Shown here in pieces: positions 26,259-39,823 of a stretch of 64,000 nt of DNA. The notes beneath the pieces are model-generated. The model ran no database searches. It worked only from the letters and a program-made list of their open reading frames with translations, and was not told the DNA's origin. The stretch covers positions 2,488,728-2,552,727 of the forward strand of contig ML992502.1 of assembly GCA_010093995.1 (NCBI GenBank). Direction: 5' to 3'. The stretch is from Elsinoe ampelina. Lineage: Eukaryota. How positions within the stretch are numbered: position 1 is the first letter of the stretch; every line of letters begins with the position of its first letter. A program made the translations under genes and the position numbers.

Positions 26259-27888
26259 ATGGACTTGCGAATACTCGCATCGAACTTTGAGTTCAAAACG
26301 ATCGATGGACCAAGATACCCTCCGCCGACAAGACCTCGGCATGGAGATACTTTCGACGCCAAAGAATTGACTTCACCTTCGACGTTGAACCACGAGTCTC
26401 CAAGCGGTGCCGTTGACGATACCTTTTTTCAAGCAGGGCAACAAACATCCTCGGCTTGGAATACCAATGCATCTTCTGCAACACGAACTCCCAACGAGAT
26501 CGAGAGCAATAGTCCGAAGCCGCAAGAGAATGCAGTCGGTATCGTCCCGAGCTTTTCCTGGCCTCCTAAGAACAAGTACCGCGTATTAGCGGCATGCCTC
26601 ACTTACTTTGGGAATGGAATGAACGATGCCGGTATGCCAGCCCTTCGTATGTTTCCACTACCCAGTCGCTGACTATTCTCCGTAAGCTCCCGGTGCCCTA
26701 ATCCCCTACATGGAAAGAGGATATAATATTGGCTACGCAATCGTCTCACTCATCTTTGTTGCGAACGCCGTTGGGTTCATCACGACGGCTTTCTGCTCCG
26801 ATGTTGTGCATTCGAAACTGGGACGAGCAAGAACCCTAATGATGTCTGAGATCATTATCGCCCTTGGGTATATGGTAATAGTCTTCACACCACAGTTTGC
26901 TGCTGTCGTAGCTTCGTAAGTCGTCACGTCCATTAATGGCAATACATCGTGGATCTAACGTCGACCTACCAGCTTCTTCCTTCTTGGTCTCGGGTGCGCT
27001 TTCAATCTTGCCCTAAACAACGTCTTTGTGTCCAATCTCTCCGGATCTACGGTATTGCTTGGTGCTGCACATGGGTCGTATGGGGTAGGTGGACTGATTG
27101 CCCCACTCATCTGTACGGCCATGGTATCCAACGGCATTCCATGGTCGCGTTTCTACATCATCACGCTCGGGCTCCGGGTTGTTACCTTCTTCTTCACCGG
27201 CTGGGCCAACCGAGGATATGATGAAGAGCCGACTAGCAAGTTTGCCGCATCTTTGGAGCTTCTGTCAAGTCAACAAGCAGAAGTGCCGAGAGAGCAGACC
27301 AAGCTGCAACTTCTGAAGCAAGCCCTGCGGAACAAGACCACTCTACTCGGCGCACTCTTCATTTTTGCCTACCAGGGCGCCGAGGTATCAATCAGCGGCT
27401 GGGTCATCTCCTACCTCATCACCGCCAGAAATGGCGATCCTGCTCAGGTAGGGTACGTCACCTCCGGCTTCTGGGGAGGCATTACATTGGGCCGCTTCGT
27501 CCTCGTCTACATCGCAGGCCGAATTGGAGAGAGATTGTCGGTATACATCCTTATAGCAGGATCCATTGGCTTGCAGCTCATCGTCTGGTTCGTACCAAAC
27601 ATCATTGGAAACGCTGTGGCGGTGGCGCTTCTTGGCTTGCTACTAGGTCCTGTATACCCTTGCTGCGCTACCATTTTTGCACGACTGCTGCCATCACGTA
27701 TACAAGTCTCGAGTATCAGCTTCATCAGCTCGGCCGGCAGTAGCGGAGGTGCCGTGGCCCCTTTCATGACTGGACTGCTGGCCCAGGCGGTCGGAACTTA
27801 TGTGCTGCATCCTATCTGCATCGCAATGTTTGTGGTGATGACTATTTGTTGGAAGCTGTTGCCGAAGACGACCAGGAAGGCTGAATGA
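26259..27888 (+). CDS. Major facilitator superfamily transporter (BSC6/FucP-like)
   Basis: GNGMNDA|APGALIPYME, HGSYGVGGLIAP, YQGAEVSISGW and SGFWGGITLGR. Introns near 26632-26686 and 26916-26972. Start codon uncertain. Confidence 0.85.
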
Positions 27889-28657
27889 AAGACTGCAGGG
27901 ATACATGGAAGAATGTAGCAATGCAAGAATGCTTGTATGAATGAATGAATGGATGACTGCAATCCATCGACCTGAACTACCAGAATCGTTATTCGTTGGC
28001 ATGATCAGCTCAATTACCACAAGCAGATAAAATCTGGTTATGGAGACACCTCAGCCACATGACTCGTGTACCGACCCGTCTCGACCCCAGGCCGCTCGCC
28101 CAAGAGTCTTGGGATGCTTGTCTCTACATTGGCAATTGCTTGTCACACAAAATATCAAGAACCTCCGAGTCCACGCTCAACTTCAATCTTCATCAGGCAG
28201 AATACTCTCAAACACAATGCAAACAACGCTTCCTGGCAATGTCTCATCTGTCGAATGTGGCGAGAGCGATGATGTAGCCGAGAGTCACAAATCTTGTTTT
28301 TGTGGCTAGTGTGTTAGTGCATGAGCCAAAGTAAGTCAAAAAACAAGCCCCGTTGCTGCACAGTGACAGCACATTTCTCCGCGCCGTCACCTCCTCCTCA
28401 CTCATCTTTCCTTGCATGTTGTGACAAGGCTGTGTCTGCAAGAGCTCTACACCTGATCATCAGCGCGGTCTCCTCACGATCTTGCCCACCGGATGCCTTC
28501 ATGAACCATTGAATTTCACGCACGTAGCAGTAGGCCGCGCAATAGAGCACAGCCACAGCGACCAGCGATTGGGACAACATCCCGATTATCGATTTCAGAA
28601 CGACAAAATACGCAACGGAAGTTTCTCAGTACCTTTCCCTCACGATTTTAACCCAAC

Positions 28658-30622
28658 ATGCGTGAGTATCTCCCACTGCAGCTAGGCGTCGAGGCTGACC
28701 CGATGCAGACACAATTCGCTCATCAGCGCGGCGAGAGGCGTGGAAGTATTATGACGGAGAGTCGAGAAATTACAATCCCTTCGCGAGATCCACACGCAGC
28801 GGACAACGACCGGCCAACGATGAAGAAGCTCTGAGGACGGTACGGACTGCCGATAGCATACCTTCACAGCTCGAGGCGGATCGCCGGGCAGAGGCCCAAC
28901 AACAATATCCTCATCCTGATCGCGCGGGGACTGCGCCAGCACCCCAAGCGAACGGGCATGATCACCACCACCGCCACACAAAGCACGCCCAACAAGCGGA
29001 TGCGTCGACTCCACAGACACTCGTAGGTAGTATGGGCGACCTTGAGAAAAGAGAGACACCGGCGGCGGACCCTGCCAATGCATCGACCAGCACAGATGCG
29101 ACTGCAAGGGAGCGAGAACCATCAATGAGTCGCTCATCAGACCAGCATAACGAGAAGCCTGGATTGCGGAAAAGGATGATGGGGAAATTGCACAGAAGCA
29201 ATACGGCGGATACTCATGAATCGGGAATGAGTGAGAGCAAGAAGAGGCGCAAGAAGCACATTCCTATTATCACTCAACTCCGCGCAGTGTTCCTCGGCTC
29301 ATGGATCAACATTCTCCTGCTCGCGGTCCCCGCAAGCTTTGCGGTGAATTATGCTCATCTCAGTGGAGTCGGTAAGTACCTTGAGCGACCAGATGTCACA
29401 AACAGCAGCTAATCCATCACAGTCAACTTCGTTGTGGCTTTCATCGCAATCATCCCACTAGCAGCAGGACTGAGTTTCGCCACCGAGGAACTGGCCATGT
29501 ACGTCGGCGAAACCATCGGCGGTCTCCTAAACGCCTCCTTCGGCAACGCCACCGAGCTGATCGTATCCATCATCGCCCTCTCCCAAAAGAAGATCCTCAT
29601 CGTACAAACCTCCCTCATCGGCTCCATGCTTAGCAACCTCCTCCTCGTCCTCGGCATGTGCTTCTTCGGCGGCGGCATCACCCGCGTCCGACAACACTTC
29701 AACATCACCGTCGCACAAACCGCCTGCTCCATGCTGGCCCTCTCCATCGGCTCCCTCATCATCCCCACGGCCTTCTCCCAATTCGGCGCCAACACAGACC
29801 AACAACGCGCACAAGAAGGCGTGGCCCCCATCTCCCGCGGCACCTCCATCATCCTCCTCCTCGTCTACGGCTCCTACCTCTTCTTCCAGCTCAAGACCCA
29901 CGCAGGCATGTACAACGAGCCATCAAAGAAAGGCGAGAAGTTCGCCTCCAGCAAGAAGGAAAAGGGCGCCGTCTTCCACGGCATGGCTCACATGGGCGCC
30001 GGCACGGCAGCCATGTCCGGCGGGCAGGTGAACCAGGAGAACCTCGTGCAGCGGCCCGACGACGACGAAGAGGAAGAACCCACTCTCTCCGCCATCGGCG
30101 CATTGATCACCCTCGGCTTCTTCACCGTCCTCATCGCTTTTTGCTCCGAGTTCCTCGTCTCGGGCATCGACAGTCTGACGTCCAAAGGCGTCTCCGAGGA
30201 ATTCGTCGGGTTGATCCTCCTGCCTATCGTGGGGAATGCGGCCGAGCACGCGACGGCCATCACGGTGGCGTGTAAGGACAAGATGGATTTGGCGATCGGT
30301 GTGGCGGTGGGGAGCAGTCAGCAGATTGCCCTGCTGGTGTTGCCGCTTATGGTTGTGATCGGGTGGTGTGGGTTGGGGGCGCCGGAGGAGATGACGTTGA
30401 ATTTTGATGGGTTTCAGGTGGCTGTGTTGTTTATTGCGGTCTTGTTGGTGAATTATTTGATTCAGGTATGTTTGTTCGCGATGGACCAAGGGGGATATGC
30501 TGACGTGCGTACAGGATGGAGAGAGTCATTGGCTCGAGGGAGTGCTGCTCATGTCGACTTATATCATCATTGCTGTGTCGGCTTTCTTCTACCCGGTAGA
30601 GCTTGAGGGTGGTGCTGAATAG
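28658..30622 (+). CDS. Vacuolar Ca2+/H+ exchanger (CAX/VCX1-like) with a long N-terminal extension
   Basis: Alpha repeats GNATE and GNAAEH, and C-terminal DGESHWLEG after intron 30466-30513. A micro first exon ATG C (28658-28661) plus intron 28662-28708 reads in frame into the 29032 ORF. Confidence 0.9.
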
Positions 30623-30822
30623 CATTGAAGCGGTCGCAGATTGTTTGAGACCTCCATGTAATCAAGTGTCTTCGTTTCTCATATATAGTTGTCATTCAAG
30701 AGCTTGGTCTCGACTATTCTCTTCCTGCTCGGTATCTCGCCGCGACTCCACACGCCATGCATCTTCGCCCTAGTTTCTCCTTGCCCATCTCGCAGGCCCC
30801 GCGTCGTATGCGCTTCAACACC

Positions 30823-32579
30823 TTAGTAGCTCCTCCCAAACATGACCCACTTCTTCGCCAATTCCGCACACTCTGGGTTAACACACTTGGTTTCGCCCTC
30901 GACCAACCCCTCCGGCTGCTCGAACGGAATACACAAACTCTTCGCGCCCATACTCGGGGCTCTCACATCCACCTCCCCGCCCTCCAGCGCCGCCTGCTGT
31001 CCCGCTGATAAGTCCTTGATCTTATCCTCGCATTCGCCACCCAGACAGTGCGGGATGACGCAGACATTCTTCCCGTTCAAAGTGGGGACAAAGTCCTTCC
31101 ATTCCGTCACGATCTTTCTGTGCGCCTTGTACTCCTCGTCCGCCTTGGTGAACATGTCCTTCTGGATCTGCTCGAGCAAAGCTGGGACGGCAGTGCCTAG
31201 CTCTGCGATGGGGATGCTGCCTTTTTCGCCCGTGTCACGACGAGCAGTGGCGACGACATGGTTGGCGCTGTCCTTGGGTCCGAACTCGATGCGGAGCGGG
31301 ATACCCTTGAGTTCGTAGTTGTTGAATTTCCAGCCGGGGGAGTACTCTTCACGCATGTCGGTCTCCACACGGACATCCGAGGAGCGGAGCACTTCGGCGA
31401 GAGCTTCGACTTCGCTGTAGAGTTTTTGGCGGTCTTCAGGGGTTGTTTTGGCGGTGATGCCGACGGGGATGAGGACGGCTTGGGTTTCGGCTACTCGTGG
31501 TGGGATGACAAGACCTTTGTTGTCGGAGTGGGTGAGGACGGCGATGCCGATGCTTCGGGTGGTGAAGCCCCAGCTGTTTTGCCAGACGTGGAGTTTCTCC
31601 TTCTTTTCACCTTCTTTGGCGCTGGGATCTTCTACGGTAATGTCGAACATTTTGGCAAAGTGTTGGCCGAGCAAGTGGGCGGTCGCGGCTTGGATACCAC
31701 GGCCGACGGCGCCAACGAAGCCTTCGACTGTGAGAGTGTAGTCGGCGCCGGGGAAAGTCTCGTTCTTGGTCTTGGTGCCCTTGACTACAGGAACAGCGAG
31801 GAGGTCCTCGTAGCAGGCGGCATAGACATTGGTGAGAATCTCCATGACCTCCTTCTCGGCCTCGGCCTTGGTGAGATGTGCAGTGTGACCTTCCTGCCAG
31901 AGGAACTCGCGTGACCGAAGGAAAGGCATTGGGTGCTTGAACTCCCATCTGACGACGTTGTTCCACTGGTTCAGTTTGAGTGGCAGGTCGCGATGTGATC
32001 GGATCTTCTTGGCGTAGTAGCTGTACATGGCTGTCTCCGAGGTGGGACGTACAGCCAGGCGCTTCTCCAGCTTGTTCTTGCCTCCGTGTGTGACCCATGC
32101 GACCTCAGCGGCGAATCCTTCGAGATGCTCTTCCTCACGGGCAAGATTGGCCTCCGAGATAAAGAGGGGGAAGTAGCAGTTCTTCACACCCATCTTCTTG
32201 ATCCTCTTGTTCATGAATTCTTGTATGCTTTCCCAGATATTCCAGGATGATGGGGCGTAGATGTAGCAACCAGGAACGTCGGTGAAGTCGAGCATCTCTC
32301 CTTTCAGAATCACCTGCTGATACCACTCGGAGAGGTCGTCTTCCTTTGCGACATCAATGCCGATCAGTGCAGCCCCCTCCATCTTCTTCTTCCCTCCTCC
32401 TCCACCTCCACCTTGCTTTGTCGCTTGCTTCTGTTCCTTACGCTCTGTAATTCATGATCAGAAGGAGAGACTCGCTGAAGAAGCTTAATAATACCTTTCG
32501 GCTCCTTCTTTGGCTTCTGCGGCTTTGCGCTCTCCACTTTGCCGTCCTTCACCTCCGGCATGTCTGAAGGCTCCGCCAT
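30823..32579 (-). CDS. Prolyl-tRNA synthetase, cytosolic (eukaryote/archaeal type)
   Basis: RPTSET, QWNNVVRWE, FLRSREFLWQEGHT, QNSWG, PGWKF and C-terminal FGRSY. One 5' intron near 32446-32494. Confidence 0.95.
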
Positions 32580-32902
32580 GTTTGCGGGGTTGTACCGAAG
32601 TCAATGACCTTATGATAGACCAATTGTATGGATAACTCGTGCGCAACTTGAGATTTGAACGAACGAGGATCTGTGGAGTGCTCGAAGTGTGCGTGGGAAG
32701 ATCTGATGTGATTCACACCGAGACACACCGAGAACAATTTGGTGCGGGCGGACCCCGCGACAGATCTCTATATTTGGTCAACCGTAATAAGAGGTCGCGC
32801 CGGTAGATATTCGGGCAACGCGTCCGCTGTCAAGAACTTTTGTCGCAGCTTGAGAAGCTCTAGGGCATGATCTTGCAGAAGTAGTATCACAGCACAACAA
32901 GC
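32580..32902. promoter_or_regulatory. Short bidirectional promoter region between ProRS and CCT1
   Basis: Only 323 bp separate the divergent start codons of two housekeeping genes. Confidence 0.6.
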
Positions 32903-34697
32903 ATGGCCGGCATTTTCGAGTCAGCGCGCAACAATGGCACCCTCTGTGTGTTGCTCATCGTACATTACCTTTGTCGCATGCTAACACATCCTAGTCCTCG
33001 GCGGCCAGAAGATCAGCGGCACAGACGTGAGAGAGGCCAACGTCTTAGCGACGACAAATATCGCGAATGTGGTGCGATCATCCTTTGGTCCTTCGGGACT
33101 GGATAAGATGATGGTGGACGACATTGGTGATGTGACGGTGACCAACGATGGAGCGACAATCCTTTCACTTCTGGACATTGAACACCCAGCCGGAAAGATT
33201 CTGGTAGATCTGGCACAGCAACAAGACAAAGAGGTCGGAGATGGAACCACCAGTGTGGTGTTGATTGCTGCGGAGCTCTTACGAAGAGGAAACGAGCTGA
33301 TGAAGATGCGAATACACCCGACCACGATCATCACAGGCTACAGACTAGCACTACGAGAGGCCGTGAGGTACATGAACGACAACATCAGCACGAAGGTGGA
33401 GACTCTAGGCCGGGAAAGTCTAGTAAACATCGCCAAAACTTCAATGTCAAGCAAAATCATCGGTTCAGACTCGGATTTCTTTGCCAACATGGTTGTAGAT
33501 GCGATGCAGTCGGTCAAGGATGTCAACAGCAGAGGCGACGTAAAATACCCAGTCAAAGCTGTCAACGTGCTCAAGGCGCATGGCAAGAGTGCTACAGAGT
33601 CAGTGCTCGTCAAGGGGTACGCTCTAAACTGCACAGTGGCCAGTCAAGCGATGAAGACGCGGATAAAGGACGCAAAGATTGCTTGCCTGGATATGAACCT
33701 GCAGAAAGAGCGCATGAAGCTGGGAGTACACATTACCATCGACGACCCAGCGCAACTGGAGAAGATCCGAGAAAGAGAGGCGGGTATCGTGCAAGAAAGG
33801 GTCAAGATGATTCTCAATGCAGGAGCCAACGTAGTCCTTACGACCAAGGGTATCGACGATCTCTGCCTCAAGCTCTTCATCGAGGCTGGAGCTCTTGCAG
33901 TTCGTCGTTGCAAGAGAGAAGACTTGCGCCGGATTGCGAAAGCCACTGGAGCCACTCTCGTATCTGCCCTTTCGGATCTGAATGGCGACGAAAAGTTCGA
34001 GGCTTCAAGCCTGGGTAGCGCAGAGGAGGTCGTGCAAGAACGCATCTCGGACGACGAATGTATCCTTGTCAAGGGCACCAAAGCACACTCCTCGGCCTCC
34101 ATCATCCTGCGCGGAGCCAACGAGTACTCTCTCGATGAAATGGAGCGCTCGGTCCACGACTCCCTCTCTGCTGTGAAGCGTACTCTGGAATCTGGTCGCA
34201 TTGTCCCTGGAGGCGGCGCTGTCGAGACAGCCTTGCACATCTACCTTGAAGAGTGGGCTACCTCAGTAGGCTCCCGCGAGCAGCTTGCCATTGGAGCATT
34301 CGCCGCCTCTCTCCTTGTCATTCCTACCACCCTTGCCGTCAACGCCGCCAAAGACTCTGCCGAGCTGGTCGCTCAGCTGCGTTCTCGCCACGCCCTGTCA
34401 CAGCGTGTTCAGGCACCAAGCAACGACCCACATGCTCCGGCAATTGCCGCCACACAAGCGACCGAGGATGAGAAGGCGTTGGCCAAGAAGAAGAACTATA
34501 AGAACTATGGACTAGATCTGAGTAAGGGCAGAGTCGTGGACAGCCTTAAGATGGGTGTTCTGGAGCCGAGCATGAGCAAGGTGAAACAGCTCAAGAGTGC
34601 TGTGGAGGCTTGTGTGGCGATCATGCGTATCGACACGTTCATCAAATTAGATCCGGAGCAGAGAGGTGGTGGCGACGATGATGGGCATGGTCACTGA
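32903..34697 (+). CDS. TCP1: T-complex protein 1 subunit alpha (CCT1)
   Basis: [12 protein letters not shown] after intron 32947-32994; [26 protein letters not shown] and VPGGGAVE. Confidence 0.96.
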
Positions 34698-34859
34698 GGG
34701 AAATGTAATGTACAGGGACGTTGATACCCAAACAAACGAGAAGCGAAATGACATGTCTGGCACCCACGTGCAACGTGAAGCCGTACTGTGGTTGTTTTGC
34801 ATTGGTGGCACTGGAGTTGTGTAGTACATTCTTCTGTTTGCCGCGCTTTGCCACAAGCA

Positions 34860-35120
34860 TGCCTCCATCCTATCCTTCACGTACTCCCTTGGCGCAATCG
34901 GCTGCGGCCTCGGCACCGTATCCACATGAGCATTCGCCTTGACCAAAAAGACATCCCCCGTCTTGAATGTCGGCTTCTTCGACGTGACAAACAAAAAATT
35001 CAACGGGAAACCATAATCAAAGGGCACGGCCGACTCGATACCCTCCATCTCCTCCTCGGTCAACTTGATCTTCAACCCCTCGATATTCCCCTTGAGATGC
35101 TCCCCAGACCTGCATGAAGC
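34860..35120 (-). pseudogene. C-terminal remnant of an aldo-keto reductase (aryl-alcohol dehydrogenase/NorA-like)
   Basis: CRSGEHLKGNIEGLKIKLTEEEMEGIESAVPFDYGFPLNFL...PRPQPIAP resembles the last ~90 aa of this family. No N-terminal barrel is visible upstream, and the frame runs on into the CCT1 3' end. Confidence 0.7.
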
Positions 35121-35723
35121 TATAACCATCTTTCCCAATTGGGAATAGTCCACGAATCTGACCAATCTAACCGTCTCTGCTTCCTCTCTTCACTTTTTCA
35201 TTGCAGACGGAGACTTTTTGGGATGGTATACTACCAGGACAGCCTCAGGCGTCACGCTCCGAATGGCATGTGAAGTCTCCGATGGATACCCCCCTGGACC
35301 GACCGTAGAACAGCTGCGCAAAAGCGTGATGCACATCACGGGATGCCACGTGCGGTTGATGGCATTGGACGTGGCACTCTTGCATCCGACCATCATGGCG
35401 AGCAATATCTGTACAGACTCATGAGGTTCGCTTTGTCTTGGAATTCCACACTGGTCACGTGGTCCATGGTTCCGTGTATCGGCGGCGTCGAACCATAGCC
35501 GTGCCAGCAAGCATCCGGAGGACTTATGAGTTGCAGTAATTGGTTGGATGTGAGGAGTCACATGCTGGTAGTACACAACTACCACAGAGGCTGTGAACTT
35601 TGTCCATGTGAAAACCCTGCAAGTGTTTCCTTTTTCTTGATTTCGATCTTATAATACCAGGCCAAAATTCCACAATATCAGCAACTTTCATCACTTAACG
35701 AAGACCGCCACGCAGCCACAACG

Positions 35724-36380
35724 ATGTGCCGAAGACTCTGGCTCCTGTGCCTCTGCAGCCGTCAAGCGATTTACATTCACCGGTTTTGCAAGAACAAAGA
35801 GTGCTACAGGGGAACGCATAGACCAACATATTCGCCCCTGCAACCGGAAACATGGTTGTGTCAGGTCTGCGAGACGGAAGACTTTGACGAAGCTCGCGGT
35901 ATGTTCACCTCGATGCGACTTGTTGCACTTACGATTTGACTAATATGGACAGCTACTGGAGCAGACAGTCCGACCGAGGAGTCGCCAGCCATGCCAGCAA
36001 ACGACCCAATCTCCAAGCTACTGGAGGTGATGAAAAGACGGATCTATTGCCAGAAAGATGCGTTGGCCGTCCTCACCCACGAAGTCGACATCGATGCACT
36101 CGACGACAGAGGTCTTCGTGGGGTTCTCACCTGGTTCGATCTCATATACCATGAACGACGCCAGGAGTTCCGCGGATTCTCTGTGCCGCCGACCTGGGCG
36201 CAAGTGACCAAGCTGAGCAGCACTCAGCTTGAGGATCTGACTCTGGCGGGGCAGGCTGAGGGCACAAGCTTGCCTCTCAGCGGCGCAGGCCCACGCACGT
36301 CCACCAGCCTGAACGAAAAACCTTGCAGCAACTTGTCAGACGCCGAGAATTCAGATTCCGATGAAGAACACTACATCTGA
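35724..36380 (+). CDS. Met-Cys cysteine-cluster protein A (about 200 aa, 2 exons)
   Basis: MCRRLWLLCLC..C..C..CQVC. Intron 35899-35952 (GTATGT..CTAAT..CAG) joins the 35991 ORF in frame. TATAA at about 35650. Confidence 0.7.
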
Positions 36381-36505
36381 TCGTCGGATGTGAGTGGTAC
36401 TTGATTAGGCGACTAGATTTGATGGGGCGCCGGGTCTGGCGGGTTTCAAAGAGGGGTTGTAGCAGATCAGACCATCACCGATAGTATGAATTGACGAGCG
36501 CCACT

Positions 36506-36537
36506 TCTGGTAGTACCCCGAACAGAATGCTACCAGA
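36506..36537. repeat. TCTGGTAG-N16-CTACCAGA dyad
   Basis: Read directly; intergenic between genes A and B. Confidence 0.75.
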
Positions 36538-37154
36538 GTCGTCCTTCGACTTGTCGACCAGTCTTGCAGTAGCTTCATCGTCGGGTGTCAAGGTCTGCCC
36601 GATTGGGCCGCACCGCAGCTTCGTCGGTAGTCAGGCATTCCGTCGCTCTCCCCTTCGGCTCACCAACTTCTCACCAGCGTACAAATAGTAGAGATGCATG
36701 GAGCCGACCACAAAGGACCAGGACTTGCCACGAAGTCTGCCACGAAGACTAGCGCTGTTGCTGATGTGATGCAGCTCTCCGCTAGACGTCACAGATCAGA
36801 AAGTAGCAAACAATTGGGCAAAGCCATAAATAGTCTGACATTTTCCAATTTCAATTCCGCTTGTTCCACAGCATACTCATTCCACACTGCAGTATGTCTT
36901 GGGCTATCGAGGGGTGGAGCGTCCCAGAAGGCTTGGCCAGGTCAAGGGGACATAAAAGGCATGTATCTCTGTATACATCCGAGTGGACAAAGTCGTGAAC
37001 ACCAGTCCCCGCTCCGACACTGTCCTCACGACCTTGACACCCTCAAGCACCTGTCTGCTTCCCTTACTCAAAGGCCCAACCCTCGACATCTCCCCTGTCC
37101 CCACTGCCTATCCCCTCGACCCGCCCCCCCATCACCGACCTTTCCCCCTCCACC

Positions 37155-37889
37155 ATGTGCCACAAACACTTCCTCACCTGCGCCTGCGGCCGCGCCGTCC
37201 TGGAGATCGAAGACCGCTGCAAACCCAGCCTCGACGGACCACCCTGCTACAACGAGTCGATCGACGAGATCGTCCGCCACCCGGACTCCATGCCCTGCAC
37301 CCCCTGCCTCCTCCTCGGCTGCAACTGGCTCAACATCTCCCACAACGAAGGCAGGCTGCAGCTGCGCACCATCGCCACCGAGACGCCCATCGACCCCTCC
37401 ATGCCGAGGATCGTGCACGCAGGCGTCATGTCCGATGAGGAGCTGCCGTACTGCATTCCGTTGCCGGTGACGCCGGAGCCGGAGCCGGAGGCGGAGGCGG
37501 AGGCGGAGAGGGAGGCGGAGGCACGGGCAGGGGAAGTGAGGGATCAGGCTGGCGGTGGGACGGGAGAGGGGACGCTGGATCCGGCGGTGGGGTTTCGGGG
37601 GTTCAGTCCGGCGGTGGTCGCGGTGCGGCCTGTTTCGTTACCCAGTCCGACTACTTCGGTGGGGAGTGCGGAGGGGTACACTACTCGTGGCTCGACGCCG
37701 GAACTCGTGGATCGGAGACCCTCTTTCTTTCGTCCTGGGCGCCCGAATGTGCTCCGGTCGGTCAGTCCGGCTGGGTATCGTTGCGATCGGGACGTGGTTT
37801 CGCGGACGAGGGTGACGAATTGGCCGGAGTGGACGGGAGAGGAGGCGAGGGAGGCAGGGTTGGAGCTGCCGGGGCGTGAGGAGGGATGA
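37155..37889 (+). CDS. Met-Cys cysteine-cluster protein B (244 aa)
   Basis: CACCATG context; MCHKHFLTCAC..C..C..CTPC; acidic/Pro-rich tail. Confidence 0.75.
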   Translation: MCHKHFLTCACGRAVLEIEDRCKPSLDGPPCYNESIDEIVRHPDSMPCTPCLLLGCNWLNISHNEGRLQLRTIATETPIDPSMPRIVHAGVMSDEELPYCIPLPVTPEPEPEAEAEAEREAEARAGEVRDQAGGGTGEGTLDPAVGFRGFSPAVVAVRPVSLPSPTTSVGSAEGYTTRGSTPELVDRRPSFFRPGRPNVLRSVSPAGYRCDRDVVSRTRVTNWPEWTGEEAREAGLELPGREEG

Positions 37890-38222
37890 GTGAGGGTTTT
37901 TGGTTGGGTTCGGAGCTTGATGGGAGTTCTGGGGGTATCATTGCTTTCTTGGTTCTGCTTAGATATCTCGTATAGTGTTGTGGACTGGAATGATTCAAAT
38001 GAAAAGCTATCAAACCTATCTTGATTCAAACCGTATTGTGCTTCGAGACTTGTATTTTCCAGACGAATTCATCCTTGCCAATGCTGTGCTTACCGATGTT
38101 GTCGGCAACCTGATCACCAAGACTCATTCAAAGGTCCGAGGATCAAACGTTTGCAAGAACAGACAGGGAATCTGTCTACTGCTATTCAGGTAGTATTAGT
38201 TTGCCATCGTATGCGCGTTGTC

Positions 38223-38251
38223 TGGTAGTTCTTCCCGGATCAAAACTACCA
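38223..38251. repeat. TGGTAG-N17-CTACCA dyad (8-bp arms TGGTAGTT/AACTACCA)
   Basis: Read directly; intergenic between genes B and C. Confidence 0.75.
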
Positions 38252-39823
38252 CACCTGTTGGGAGTGCTGTAATGTATTGATTCAACCCTTGCTAGTTCCA
38301 CGCGTGGAGAGTCGGAACGCGTGATAGTAACCTCTCACCACAAGTCGTGTTGCTGCCTGGAGCTGATACCGTACCCGGGGAGCTGCATGCGATTGTCAGT
38401 TCACAGCCATCATGTGACATGATCGAGATACCGAGACAACATTCTGATGGGACTCAGCTAGACCCCGAACAAGACGTGAGCCTGCCTGTCAACGGTGCAC
38501 GGCAGGTCCACAGGTGGTAGTAGTGACAGTAGCGTATCGGATGGTAGCACGTCACCCGGCTATTTCAGGACCCTGTGTGTGTTACAAGATGGCCAATATG
38601 GTCTCCGAGCTCCATTGATCCGACACGGACGCATCACCAGCTGCAGATCGTGAGCAGGATGATTCTAGCTCTCTGAACTGACACGGCATGACTGCGATCC
38701 TAACTTCCACCTGCTCCATGGCTGGAGAAACCTTGGACGGGCGGTGTGTGTGATGGTACAAGAAATGCCATACGAGTCCTCCTGCGCACTCTGAATGCAG
38801 CTAGATAATAGTGAAGCACCTCGTTCGTGTCGGTCTGTGTCCTTGGAATCCTTTCCCACATGTCAGAATGGACCAAGCAGAGTGCATTTCCCTGTTGTGG
38901 ATGGTCGCTGAGTGCAAGAGCGTTCCTACTACTTGGAGAGTACCAGGAATATTGAAGGAGGAAGACCAGACGCGCCGAACATGTAGGATCGTCCTCGCAA
39001 AAAGCCTCATGATAGTGCAAAGTTGGCGAATGATTGGATGTCTGGTGGGTAATCGCCAGGATTTCATAGAGGGCGGCTGAGCGGGCATATGCATGAATCC
39101 TATCAGACTGCCGTGCCCGAGCACCGGTAGATGTTGTATGTACCATGGGGCCCCACACCATGTCCGTGCTTCGCTCTAAGGTCGCACGTATGCGCGGCTG
39201 GGGTTGACGCTGCGTCTAACGAGCAGATCCTTCCAGCACTCGCTCTGTGATGCGATCAGCCACGATCGGGACAAGTCGGAATCATTGAGGCGAGAGGATT
39301 ATGGTGTGTCGCACTCGTCGTTGTCGTTCTGCAGAAGTAATCTCGCTTGCTCGACGTGTATTGCAATCCGAAATGCGCACGACATGCTGATAGTATTTTC
39401 GACGAGTATGGTGTTGCAGGATCCTGGAGTTCAAGGCGTGATGACAATTTTGATGTTTGCTGCGAGTTGTATCTTGGTGCTCGGATTTGAGACTGTACCA
39501 CATCTCGTAGCAATCATGCTTGGATGATTGGTATAGATCCTTTGAAGCAGGAAGAGCAATTTGATGCACCTCAGGGTAGATTTTCCATGGTCGACGATTA
39601 TTGTGCCCCTCATCTTCATCGAGGATCGAACTGCCAGAATGAAAGCGACAAAGAAGGAGATAAAATGGTCGCCATGGACAGAAGAAACTGCACAACTTCC
39701 ATCTCAATCAGCTGCTGGACTCACCAAAGGTATCCTCTCCATACCTCCGTCGGAACGCCAGCAGTCATTGCCCTCCCTCCCTCCCTCTCTCGCCTCTCCC
39801 AAACAATACACAGCGCAACCACA

